From positions 58,159-122,158 of IMG/VR virus record IMGVR_UViG_3300000228_000002: a DNA stretch of 64,000 nucleotides. One strand, given 5' to 3'. This DNA comes from a virus. Position numbers and translations under genes: made by a program. Under the pieces are notes generated by a model. It made no database searches and had not been told where the DNA came from. It saw only the letters and a program-made list of their open reading frames with translations. This document shows positions 9,639 through 18,725 of the stretch, in pieces. How positions within the stretch are numbered: position 1 is the stretch's first letter; every line of letters starts with the position of its first letter.

Positions 9639-10451
9639 TCATTCAGGAGGCGAATACTCCGGCAGTCCCAATTGACCTCTATATTCTCGGGCCTTGTTGA
9701 AAACATCAAACCAGGTGTCGGTCACGGGGTCAGTTATGAAACTATTTCCGATCAGGGCATTCATCGGTCTCTCAAGATCCTTGCTAACGGGTATCTCTTG
9801 ACCCAGAAGAAATCTTCCGAAATCATTGGTACTAATACCACATCTAGGTGCTAGACCTACTATTGGTTCATAATACTTGAGGCTTTCGAACCTATTCATT
9901 AGTTGATCTGCTAACCAGTCTGTTTCTGTAGGGATCATGATACTCTCAGGTAGTCTTATCTCTCTACCACCCTGATTTGCCTTGAGAAGTCTTCCGGCAA
10001 ACGAGTCCCATGGTTTGTACTTTGAATACAAGTTGGCAACCCTTACTGCCCACACGTTCTTCTTGAAGTTGTACTCCAGACGAATTAACTCTTCCATCAT
10101 GGCTTTGGTCACTGCATAGTGTGAGGAAAGGTTCCTGGAGTGATTGTAACTGGATCTGCTTTCAGCTACATAGTTTGTGGAGAAACAGACCAGATTGGAC
10201 TTTGGAAACTTATGAATAAGATCATGAACTCTCCGTACGTGACAATCAAATGCTCCATATGGATCATTTTTGCATTCACTCACTGAACCGAACCCTTCGG
10301 TATTCCATATCCACGTGCTTTCCGAGTCGGTAATTTCTATCTCATTTATCGGTTTCCTATGAAACACTATAGGGGAGGATCCGGTCTTGCGATATACTGC
10401 TCTGTTTAGCGACTGACCGAGATTTCCTCTACCTAAAACCACGTGTTGCAT
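9639..10451 (-). CDS. NAD(P)-dependent sugar-nucleotide reductase (RmlD-like extended SDR)
   Basis: LGRGNLG, FSTNYV, YAVTK (YxxxK), RVANLY. Confidence 0.75.
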   Translation of the reverse strand: MQHVVLGRGNLGQSLNRAVYRKTGSSPIVFHRKPINEIEITDSESTWIWNTEGFGSVSECKNDPYGAFDCHVRRVHDLIHKFPKSNLVCFSTNYVAESRSSYNHSRNLSSHYAVTKAMMEELIRLEYNFKKNVWAVRVANLYSKYKPWDSFAGRLLKANQGGREIRLPESIMIPTETDWLADQLMNRFESLKYYEPIVGLAPRCGISTNDFGRFLLGQEIPVSKDLERPMNALIGNSFITDPVTDTWFDVFNKAREYRGQLGLPEYSPPE

Positions 10452-10500
10452 ATATATTGTCCTTGCAATGCTTTATATTACACTGTTTTTAGGAATAATT

Positions 10501-10893
10501 ATGTCAGGAATTCAGGAATTTAACTTCAGGTATAGACAGAAAGAGGATGATTTTTCGAGCTTCTTCAGTCAATTTGAGAGTCCAGAAGAAAAGATTGTTG
10601 AAGATGACCTGACTGAGGAAGAGAAAGAATTAGAAAGAAAGAAACTTCTACACCAAACAAAACAACTCGATCCAAGTAGAACAGTCCTGATAACTCAAAG
10701 TATGAGAGATGTGGTTGAATTCCTACAAGTCAACAGACCGGTGGATAAGAATGCCAAAAAGCAAAAAGGCATCCGTGGATTTGTGGACTATCTCAATATG
10801 AAAATGGGCTACTTGACCCACCTAACTCCAAAAGAGTGGGAAGGCCTGCAAGAAGTCTATAAAGTTGAATTGAATAAGAGACTAAGCACCTGA
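10501..10893 (+). CDS. hypothetical protein
   Basis: ORF with AGGA SD before ATG 10501. Confidence 0.6.
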   Translation: MSGIQEFNFRYRQKEDDFSSFFSQFESPEEKIVEDDLTEEEKELERKKLLHQTKQLDPSRTVLITQSMRDVVEFLQVNRPVDKNAKKQKGIRGFVDYLNMKMGYLTHLTPKEWEGLQEVYKVELNKRLST

Positions 10894-11202
10894 TTTCTGA
10901 TATTTCTCTATTTCTTCTTTCGTAAAGACCTTGACGTTAGTCGGTTTCCCAAGTCCTTTATGTGACTTTCTATAACGAAATACCCATGTTCTAGCTTTGT
11001 TAAGAGCAGTATACTGACTTTCTGTTACATGATAACCATTGTTTTTGGCTTTAATAACTATGTCTTTGACTAATTTCCTCACATCCAACAACTTGATCTC
11101 GTTGACTGTTGTCTCATTGGAGAAGAATTTGACTAATTGCTCTGCTTTCCTCATATCCCTTTTTATGCTCAGTTTTGTTTTGGGGATGCTGTTTGTGTAC
11201 AT
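10882..11202 (-). CDS. basic hypothetical protein
   Basis: Lys/Arg-rich ORF; start taken as ATG 11202. Confidence 0.55.
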   Translation of the reverse strand: MYTNSIPKTKLSIKRDMRKAEQLVKFFSNETTVNEIKLLDVRKLVKDIVIKAKNNGYHVTESQYTALNKARTWVFRYRKSHKGLGKPTNVKVFTKEEIEKYQKSGA

Positions 11203-11273
11203 GTGCACATACGTCCTGCGGACGATAACGGCACCCCAGAACTGCGATGGATGGATTAACAAGCGGAGCGGGA

Positions 11274-11390
11274 AAATATCCCACCCATTGAATACTCCCT
11301 TCGGGAGTGTGCACTAAATGAGCCATTACTATGCACAAGTGCATAGATAATAGACTCAAAACTTTAGTGCTTAATATGGGTGGGATTTTG
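11274..11390. ncRNA. multi-stem structured element (candidate ncRNA)
   Basis: ATCCCACCCAT/ATGGGTGGGAT outer stem; ACTCC/GGAGT, GCACTAAA/TTTAGTGC, TGAG/CTCA and CTATGCAC/GTGCATAG inner stems. Confidence 0.55.
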
Positions 11391-11502
11391 ATTAAAAAAT
11401 ACTCTTCGACAAAAGGTTTTCAAAAATTAAAAGAACTTCCGTTCCCCTATTTTCAAATTGACCATGAGAATTACTTCATTATAGATTCATTGTTGTTATG
11501 AA

Positions 11503-11610
11503 TCAATGAAAACTCACCTGGATAGCTACCGCTGGGTTGGAAAAGTAGAGTTTCACTCTCATAAGGGCAAAGAGGAAAAGAGTATAGGCAATAATGCCAA
11601 GATTGTTCAT
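11503..11610 (-). CDS. 35-aa hydrophobic peptide (type I toxin-like)
   Basis: AAAGGAGG SD; MNNLGIIAYTLFLFALMRVKLYFSNPAVAIQVSFH. Confidence 0.5.
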   Translation of the reverse strand: MNNLGIIAYTLFLFALMRVKLYFSNPAVAIQVSFH

Positions 11611-12068
11611 AGGTAAAACCCTCCTTTCTCAAGGGAGGCTACTACTAGATCCTTCTTCATTCAATTCATTTGTCCGGTTGATCCCAAAAATTCATTTTCC
11701 ATCAATTGTGAGTTGATGACAACATAGAAAGCTTGCACCTTCCTGTACCTGTTAAAATTGTTTATTCGACAATTTATGATTCGTAAGATTAGGTCCCTAC
11801 TATCATCATTTAACAGTTTGAAAAAGAATCAAAACAAAACGTCCCCCAGCTCACTGTGTGCCTATCCTTTCTTTTTCATCACCACATATTTTCATATTAG
11901 GAGGTGAATCGGCACTCTATGTGAACCGTCTATACCATTTATACCGTGAATAACTAAATACCATGAGTGTGCCTAAAAAGGTAATGAATTGTCAACCATA
12001 TTTTGGTTTGAATGTTTTTTAGAATATAACATTAGTTGATTCTTTGGCCATGCAGCATAAGGAACGAA

Positions 12069-12830
12069 ATGAATAATGAAATCAGTGAAATTGTCAACCA
12101 TCTTGCACAGGGTGACATAGACAAAGCCTTGGCATTATCAAGAGACCTACCAGAGATCAGACAGAAAATCCACTCATCAATTGAATTTTTATCCTATCCC
12201 GAGAAGTACAAGGAATTGTATTCTTCCGATATGGAGGACATCGACGAAAGGAAGCCAGGTCTTTTCATAAATTCAGAGCCAGATTCACGACAACTCAAAA
12301 TTATTGAACACATAGAGCTTTTGAATAATAAATGGAGAATGCTTGATATTGGGTGTGCAGATGGCAGTCTGATATCGTATCTTCTTAAGAGACAGTTGAT
12401 AAGATTTGGCCATGGAGTTGATGCATGGGAATCAGGAATCAAGTATGCCAAGGCATGGGCTAAAGACAAGAATGTTAAAGCAGAATTCACTTGTTCTCTA
12501 GCAGAAGATTTTAATGACACCGACTTGTATGATGTGGTTGTTATGGGTGAAGTTCTTGAACATGTTATTCATCCTGAAACACTGTTTAAAAAAGCTCACC
12601 AACTTATAGGACCACAAAGACACCTGATCATTACAGTGCCAATCGACAGACCACCCGTAACTGAAGAAGAAGCTAAACATCTTCTTTCTGGGAAACCAAA
12701 TCTGCATGTCAGATTGTTCAATATAGACAAAATTTATCACATGTCTAAAAATGCAGGATTCGAGTTTAGAAGACTAGAAATCGAGGGTAGAAACTGGAAG
12801 AATCTAGTAGTTACCATGCAGAAATTGTAA
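12069..12830 (+). CDS. class I SAM-dependent methyltransferase
   Basis: MLDIGCADG, GVD, YDVVVMGEVLEHV..P, IITVP. Confidence 0.88.
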   Translation: MNNEISEIVNHLAQGDIDKALALSRDLPEIRQKIHSSIEFLSYPEKYKELYSSDMEDIDERKPGLFINSEPDSRQLKIIEHIELLNNKWRMLDIGCADGSLISYLLKRQLIRFGHGVDAWESGIKYAKAWAKDKNVKAEFTCSLAEDFNDTDLYDVVVMGEVLEHVIHPETLFKKAHQLIGPQRHLIITVPIDRPPVTEEEAKHLLSGKPNLHVRLFNIDKIYHMSKNAGFEFRRLEIEGRNWKNLVVTMQKL

Positions 12831-12860
12831 TACCTAGTAATACCTAGTAATACCTAGTAA
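12827..12860 (+). repeat. tandem repeat (TACCTAGTAA)x3
   Basis: Three exact 10-mers between the MTase and the first radical SAM gene. Confidence 0.9.
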
Positions 12861-12870
12861 TTGAGGGAAG

Positions 12871-13878
12871 ATGCTAATAGAAAAGAAAAGAAACTCCGAA
12901 GGAGAATTCTTCGTAAATTTTTTCGAGTTCTGCAATATGAGATGCTCATTCTGTTGGCAAGATCATGAGAACCTTGCTGGTGTTGAGACCATAGTGGAAC
13001 GAGCATGGGATATAATCGACAGAGTTAAGAAAGATAAGAGAACTTATTTCATTGTTAACCTGATGGGAGGAGAACTTTTTGCAGATTCTCTACCTGATAG
13101 CATCTTCGACTCTTATAGAGGTCATGTCACGGAGCTCAAGAACAACTTTCCGAGTGGAAAAACATTTCATATTAACTGGGTGACAAACCTAGTGTATTCC
13201 GAGAAGAGACTCAATGAAGTAACAGGTCTTGTAGACTGGTGTAAGAGCCAGGGTGTAAGTAGTAACCTTACTACATCATTCGACTTTGCAGGTAGATTTA
13301 CTAAAGAACAGAAAGAAACATTTCGAGCTAACATTTCAGCAGCTAAACCTTATTTAGGTACTGTGTCTGTGGTTCTAACGAAACCCAATATTGAAAGAAT
13401 GATGAAGGGCAACGATGAACTTTTTCAATGGTTGTATGATAACAACTTTTACATTTACTTCGACTACTACTCACCAGAGAAAAATTTCAAACTCAATGCT
13501 CCACCAGACAAACTTCTTCAAGACGGATTATTGTACCTCTTAAAGAACTATCCAGAAGTTTGGCCTATTAAAGGTTGGAGAGTAAACGACATCAATAAGA
13601 TGACATGTATGAGTTCCATGATTGTTGACCACACTGGATATAAGGGGCAATGTAGAGCACTTCTCACTACCAGTGTTGCTGACAAAATGGTAAGCAAGGT
13701 TGAAATTGAAAACAATTCATCAATGGAGAAGAGTTTCACTAACAAATACAATTGCTTGGAATGTGAATTCTTCCACAAATGTGGAATGGGTTGTTTTCTT
13801 CAGCATGACTTCAAAGGCAAAGAAGAATTGGACGAGTGCCTGTATAAGGAAGTTTTCAGGGAGATTGAGAAGTGCTAG
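12871..13878 (+). CDS. radical SAM protein with SPASM-like C-terminus
   Basis: CNMRCSFC, LMGGE, C-terminal CLECEFFHKCGMGC..C. Confidence 0.9.
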   Translation: MLIEKKRNSEGEFFVNFFEFCNMRCSFCWQDHENLAGVETIVERAWDIIDRVKKDKRTYFIVNLMGGELFADSLPDSIFDSYRGHVTELKNNFPSGKTFHINWVTNLVYSEKRLNEVTGLVDWCKSQGVSSNLTTSFDFAGRFTKEQKETFRANISAAKPYLGTVSVVLTKPNIERMMKGNDELFQWLYDNNFYIYFDYYSPEKNFKLNAPPDKLLQDGLLYLLKNYPEVWPIKGWRVNDINKMTCMSSMIVDHTGYKGQCRALLTTSVADKMVSKVEIENNSSMEKSFTNKYNCLECEFFHKCGMGCFLQHDFKGKEELDECLYKEVFREIEKC

Positions 13879-14915
13879 CAGAAAGAATGTTGTCACAGAA
13901 ACAATCGAAAGTAGCTGAGATAGAAATCCATCTCTTCGAAAATTGCAATATTGCCTGCGGTTATTGCTCTCAAGACCACAATGATGCTGGTCCCAACCAA
14001 GAGTCCTTTGATAGAAAGAAAAAGTTGGCTAAACAGTACATGGCAAAGTTGTCTTGGGATAGTGAAAATTGCAGAATTTCCCTCATGGGTGGAGAGTTGT
14101 TCCAGGATAAGTTCGATTCTGCAGTATGGGAAATGTACGAGAAGCTGGTTGTCGATCTTTATACTGAAGCAAAGAAGTGGTTCTCAGGACAAGTAGTAAT
14201 AGGTGCCACTACAAACTTTTTGTTCTCTGATGATTGGCTACTGGAAGTACTCATATATGAGTTGAAGAACAACCACGGTATCGACTTCAGATTAAAGACC
14301 TCATATGATATGAAGGGGAGACCTTTCACTGATAGACTTACTCAGAATTTCATGAAGAACCTGACTCTTTTTCGCAGGTTCACAGACTCGATCTCTGTTT
14401 GTTTACATAAGCCAAACATACAGGCAATGATCAAGGGTGAAGACTCAATACTGAAGCTAATTTCTTATGATACAGAATTATGCTTCGATTGGTACATACC
14501 AGATGGCAAGAACGATGCTAAATATTTTCCTACAGATGAAGAATGTAAACAAGCATTACTTCACATTATGAAAGAGTACCCTGAATCTTCCCCAGTAAGA
14601 GAGATGCTAGCGGGAGAAATAGGGCAAGTTCAATGTTGTTCCGAGAACAGAGTTCTCATACCTGCTAACGAGATCGTATCCAACTGCATATATCTTCCAA
14701 ACCAATATAAAAATCCCATGAATCGGGAAACTACATATGATAAGGCTACAACCTTCATTAAAGAGCAGGGTTGTACCGAATGTCCACACTTTATGAGTTG
14801 TAGCTTGTACTGTTATGCCTCATCGGACTATGCAAAAAGGATTCAAAATGCAAACTGTTTCATTAGAGAAGCTTATGAACAGTCCATCAATCAAAGAGAT
14901 CCAGATCAACAGTGA
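13872..14915 (+). CDS. radical SAM protein with SPASM-like C-terminus (paralogue)
   Basis: CNIACGYC, LMGGE, CTECPHFMSCSLYC..C. Confidence 0.9.
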   Translation: MLAERMLSQKQSKVAEIEIHLFENCNIACGYCSQDHNDAGPNQESFDRKKKLAKQYMAKLSWDSENCRISLMGGELFQDKFDSAVWEMYEKLVVDLYTEAKKWFSGQVVIGATTNFLFSDDWLLEVLIYELKNNHGIDFRLKTSYDMKGRPFTDRLTQNFMKNLTLFRRFTDSISVCLHKPNIQAMIKGEDSILKLISYDTELCFDWYIPDGKNDAKYFPTDEECKQALLHIMKEYPESSPVREMLAGEIGQVQCCSENRVLIPANEIVSNCIYLPNQYKNPMNRETTYDKATTFIKEQGCTECPHFMSCSLYCYASSDYAKRIQNANCFIREAYEQSINQRDPDQQ

Positions 14916-15432
14916 TGGAAGTTTAGAAATTTCGTATGCCCCAAGATCTGCAGAAGCAATTACTATAGCAGTATCTAGAGGACTGTCAATCACTGACGAC
15001 ATAGAGATGATATCCCAGGACAAAGGCAGTGTGGTAGTAGTGTTCGGATCCGAGGAGACAGAAGACCTAATGGATTATCGAGCCATCAAGTACAAAGAAG
15101 ATGGGGAACAAGTAAAGAAGTACTATTCAAAGAAATTTTGGGAGAAACCAAACGTTCAACTACCTATCGGAGCTAGATTGGCAAACCAGTTTGGCATTGG
15201 TTATTATTCTGACAGATCAATTTACGACATGTACTTCTTTCACGAAAATCAGGTAGTTGTGGAGAAGCATTTTGGATTCAAGATTGGTCTTCCGTACAAG
15301 GAAGAACTGCGTTACTACAAGTACGAGTCGGGACTGTATGGTGTGACTTACGACGAAGATTTGCAAGTGCACAATCTCAAGCGATATCTTTACCCATTCG
15401 ACCCATACTGTAAAAACCCTTCATACATATAA
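14875..15432 (+). CDS. hypothetical protein in the radical SAM cluster
   Basis: Overlaps the end of the second rSAM gene; Tyr-rich; start uncertain. Confidence 0.6.
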   Translation: MNSPSIKEIQINSDGSLEISYAPRSAEAITIAVSRGLSITDDIEMISQDKGSVVVVFGSEETEDLMDYRAIKYKEDGEQVKKYYSKKFWEKPNVQLPIGARLANQFGIGYYSDRSIYDMYFFHENQVVVEKHFGFKIGLPYKEELRYYKYESGLYGVTYDEDLQVHNLKRYLYPFDPYCKNPSYI

Positions 15433-16848
15433 ATGCGAGACCAAATCATGTCCAAGACAGAGGTAGTTATAGAAGAGGATTTTGAAGATAATTGCATGGA
15501 AATTGCTGCAGACGAAAATCGCACGATTGTAGCCTCTCACCAAAATTGGGTGGGTCACCACCCTGCGGAAATCGCAGCTGCAAAGATTAAGAAAGCATCA
15601 GGTAACTCTGAAGATCAACTACTTCGTGATCTTCGAAAAGACATCTTCACTATACCACTTCTCAAACAAGAGGACTTGGTTCCATTGTTTCATCAATTGG
15701 ATGGTATCATCACTGAGATAGTCAACAGAATTCTATCCTCATCACTTACTATGAGAAGTAGAGTGGTTGACGTGATGGTCAAGGTAGCTGCAGGTAACAC
15801 ATATAACAAGAACATCTACGAAAAAGAAACATCAGCATTAAACGAAAAAAGATCTAGTACATATAAAGACCACGAAATCGACTTCATGAATAGATGCTAC
15901 GATTTCCTCAGAGAGGTTGGCAAGAAAGGCCTTCTCTCGGAAGAATTGGCTAAGCCCCAGTTCATCAGGGGTGTCTACGAAGAAATACTGGAAGAGTTCG
16001 TTGATATGACAAAAGACTATGTGTCAAATCATCACAGTGCACTATATGCCAGATTATTGAACGATACCGACAAGCACTCCAAGCACCTTTCTAATTGCGT
16101 TGCCATTGAGAATAAACTGATGTTCAAAGATCAGTTGGGTTATTCCCTAATCAGAGATGCAGAACAGGCTCATAAGAAATACATCGAAATCAGATCAGTC
16201 ATCATAGCCCCATATCTTAGAGCAGTGTTTTCACTGGCCAAGAACCTAGGTAAAAACGTTCACCAGATTCTCGACAACTTCCAGAATGGCTCAATGGGAT
16301 TGATACGTGCAGTATCTTGTTATTCTATTATTAAGCCAACCTCTTTCTCATCTGTTGCAAAATCCTGGATTAAGCAAATGATGCTTCTTTGTATCAAGGA
16401 AGAAGCCAATTTTGTGAAATTACCTATTGCAACATGGCAGTCATTCACAGCTATGGAGAAAGTGCGACAGAAAGCAGGTTGTGAAATTGACGATTACGAA
16501 TGCATAGCCAAGGCCAATAAAGCCACTCTCGACAAGGTGAAGTCTGTCTATGAGTCGGTAAAGATGTCACAAGTGTTCTCAATCAATAAGACATATGATC
16601 AGAACGAGAAATTGACTCTTGAGGATGTAATTCCAGATGAAAAAGAGTCTTCGGACGACGTGATTATAGGGGAGCTCCGAGAGTATATTGAGAAGGCTAA
16701 TCTGAAATTGCAAGAGAAAAAGGTCATTGCCTTAACTCATGGAATTGCAGATATCATAGTTAGTAAAAGACTAAAAGAAGAAGATATAGAGAAAGAGAAG
16801 CTTGTGCAAGCAGCACGTAAAATAGGTTTCTCGTTATCTTATCTTTAA
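15433..16848 (+). CDS. RNA polymerase sigma70-family factor (RpoD-like)
   Basis: IPLL region 1.2; LRAVFSLAK, DNFQNGSMGLIRAV, FSSVAKSWIKQ, VKLP; region 4-like EKKVIAL.HG. Confidence 0.82.
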   Translation: MRDQIMSKTEVVIEEDFEDNCMEIAADENRTIVASHQNWVGHHPAEIAAAKIKKASGNSEDQLLRDLRKDIFTIPLLKQEDLVPLFHQLDGIITEIVNRILSSSLTMRSRVVDVMVKVAAGNTYNKNIYEKETSALNEKRSSTYKDHEIDFMNRCYDFLREVGKKGLLSEELAKPQFIRGVYEEILEEFVDMTKDYVSNHHSALYARLLNDTDKHSKHLSNCVAIENKLMFKDQLGYSLIRDAEQAHKKYIEIRSVIIAPYLRAVFSLAKNLGKNVHQILDNFQNGSMGLIRAVSCYSIIKPTSFSSVAKSWIKQMMLLCIKEEANFVKLPIATWQSFTAMEKVRQKAGCEIDDYECIAKANKATLDKVKSVYESVKMSQVFSINKTYDQNEKLTLEDVIPDEKESSDDVIIGELREYIEKANLKLQEKKVIALTHGIADIIVSKRLKEEDIEKEKLVQAARKIGFSLSYL

Positions 16849-16853
16849 TAAGC

Positions 16854-16951
16854 GGTATAGAAGCATAAATGGTATAATGGTATAAAATCGGTCAGAACAA
16901 AAACTGGCTGTTAACAACGGTATAGTGGTATAATTGGCATATGGAGGTATA
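16854..16951 (+). promoter_or_regulatory. leader with six GGTATA motifs
   Basis: Copies at 16854, 16871, 16879, 16919, 16927 and 16946; the last overlaps the SD. Confidence 0.6.
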
Positions 16952-16953
16952 GT

Positions 16954-17961
16954 ATGCAAGGTATGATGGACAATCGTTACTCGAACATGGGCATTTCAGG
17001 CGGCGGATTCGCAAAAGAAGAACGCTGGGACTCAAAAATCCAATGGTATGAATTAAAACCTGGCACTTGGAATCAAATCCGAATCTTCGGACCCGTATTC
17101 ATCGTTGCTCAGAATTGGTTCACTACTCTGAAAGGCAAAAAATTCGCTCTTTTCTCATTAGCATGGGATCCATTTGAGCGTTCTTACACAAAAACAGACA
17201 ATGATCCTATTTGGCAATTCTTCGGAAACCCATTTGATCATGCAGACGAGAGAATCAAGGCAATTGCTCCTCGTCAACAAGCATATGTACAGGCGTTTAT
17301 TCGCCCTACAGTAGGCATCCCACAAGGTGGAGATTATCGTCCACTTCGTCTCCCTATTTCGGTGATCAACGGTATTCGTAAGGCTGCTGAGTTGAACTTC
17401 AAAATGGATGCTAACAATCAAGTGGTTATTGGACAAGATGGTAAGCCAGAAATTGCAGATCCTACTGATCCACAGTATGGTCTTGATGTACTAGTTTATT
17501 ATGATCCAAGCAAAACCGGATCTGAGAAGTACTCTGTTCAATTGGGCGGTAAATCACCGATCACTCAAGCAGAAGCAGCTTATCAGCCACACTTCATGGC
17601 TTGGCACGAAATTATCAAAATGCCTTCAGTAAACGAAGTGAAAGAAGCTCTCTCACGTAACGGTTACATGGCACTTGCTAACAATGCTGGAGCTAATTCA
17701 TTCGGAAATGTTTCAGAAGTTGGCGGTTCTATGCCTGCTATGAATGTGGGAGCAGCACCTGCAGCTCCGGTAGCACCAGCAGTAGCACCAGGCCCAATGG
17801 CACCTCCTGCTCCTCAAAACATGACTCCTCCTGCACCAGCAGCACCTCCTGCTCCTCAAAACATGACTCCTCCTGCACCAGGCATGGGGGTGGGAATTGG
17901 TCCTGCACCAGTAGCTCCGACACCAACGGTACCAGCACCACCAGCACCGGGAAAGTATTAA
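16954..17961 (+). CDS. single-stranded DNA-binding protein (gp32-like) with Pro/Ala-rich tail
   Basis: LKPG.N.IRI, DPTDPQYG.DV..Y..KY.V gp32-like pattern; lies just upstream of recA. Confidence 0.7.
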   Translation: MQGMMDNRYSNMGISGGGFAKEERWDSKIQWYELKPGTWNQIRIFGPVFIVAQNWFTTLKGKKFALFSLAWDPFERSYTKTDNDPIWQFFGNPFDHADERIKAIAPRQQAYVQAFIRPTVGIPQGGDYRPLRLPISVINGIRKAAELNFKMDANNQVVIGQDGKPEIADPTDPQYGLDVLVYYDPSKTGSEKYSVQLGGKSPITQAEAAYQPHFMAWHEIIKMPSVNEVKEALSRNGYMALANNAGANSFGNVSEVGGSMPAMNVGAAPAAPVAPAVAPGPMAPPAPQNMTPPAPAAPPAPQNMTPPAPGMGVGIGPAPVAPTPTVPAPPAPGKY

Positions 17962-17989
17962 CCCCTGGACTGATGGCTCCACCGTCGGT
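17949..17989 (+). promoter_or_regulatory. -1 programmed frameshift signal GGGAAAG with downstream hairpin
   Basis: In-frame G GGA AAG, then TAT and the TAA stop; -1 frame open into ORF 17973; hairpin ACTGATGG/CCGTCGGT. Confidence 0.75.
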
Positions 17990-18428
17990 ACCTGTACAGG
18001 CTCCACAACAAACAACGGTTGCACCACCACAAATGGTGCAACCTGTTCAACCAGTTGTAGAACCGATAGCTCAACCTGTTGCTAGCGCACCAGTAGCTCC
18101 TGCACCAGTAGCTCAACCTGTTGCAAGCGCACCAGTAGCTCCTGCACCAGTAGCTGTTCAGAATACGACACCAGATTCAGGGGAAGCACGGTTCAAGCTA
18201 CCAGGAAAAACTGCCAAAGTTACTGCGGCAGAGTTTCAAATGGTAATTAATGAGTATGCCGAGAAATCTAAAAATACTAGTCCCAAGGTCGACAAATTCG
18301 TGTACCCCCTAAAAGCAGGTACAAAGGATTATGAAGGGGTTAATGTATTTAGTTGTTTTGGCTCTTACAAGTCAGACGAGTACTGCATTAAATGCCCTCT
18401 CAGAAAGAACTGCATTATCAACAGATAG
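17955..18428 (+). CDS. frameshift extension of SSB: Pro-rich linker and Cys4 domain
   Basis: Continues the Pro/Ala low-complexity sequence; ends CFGSY...CIKCPLRKNC; no SD before ATG 17973. Confidence 0.65.
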   Translation, partial: VLTPGLMAPPSVPVQAPQQTTVAPPQMVQPVQPVVEPIAQPVASAPVAPAPVAQPVASAPVAPAPVAVQNTTPDSGEARFKLPGKTAKVTAAEFQMVINEYAEKSKNTSPKVDKFVYPLKAGTKDYEGVNVFSCFGSYKSDEYCIKCPLRKNCIINR

Positions 18429-18431
18429 AAG

Positions 18432-18725
18432 GTGCTAATGAATCAGATAGGATTAGATCAGTATTTAGAGATCAAAGAAGATATCGAAGTAGGTGTGGTT
18501 GTATTTTTCTTAGAGGAGAAGTACAACCACCTCATTAGTGAGTCTCATTGGCTAAATTTCACTTCACTAGAAGTATATGCAGTTAAGATGAGTGCTGAAG
18601 ATTTCAAGTCTATGGACATAGGTGTCCACCCAAAAACATTCATCATTAAAGATGGCAAAGAAATTTTTGAAATTAATGGCATACCTTCTGAGGATGCTAT
18701 AGGAGAGTTATATGGGTCTAAGTAG
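18432..18725 (+). CDS. thioredoxin-fold-like protein lacking CxxC
   Basis: I..HPKTFIIKDGKEI..I.G resembles the thioredoxin cis-Pro region. Confidence 0.45.
   Translation: MLMNQIGLDQYLEIKEDIEVGVVVFFLEEKYNHLISESHWLNFTSLEVYAVKMSAEDFKSMDIGVHPKTFIIKDGKEIFEINGIPSEDAIGELYGSK

Noticed and set aside
11506-11616. Plus-strand 36-aa ORF as the radical SAM precursor peptide
   Set aside because: No SD, and it is antisense to the better-supported peptide ORF
12827-12860. CRISPR array
   Set aside because: Repeats are contiguous with no spacers; no cas genes or repeat-spacer pattern were seen in the window
17790-18160. 42-bp duplications as a mobile or regulatory repeat
   Set aside because: Explained by coding Pro/Ala linker duplications within the SSB
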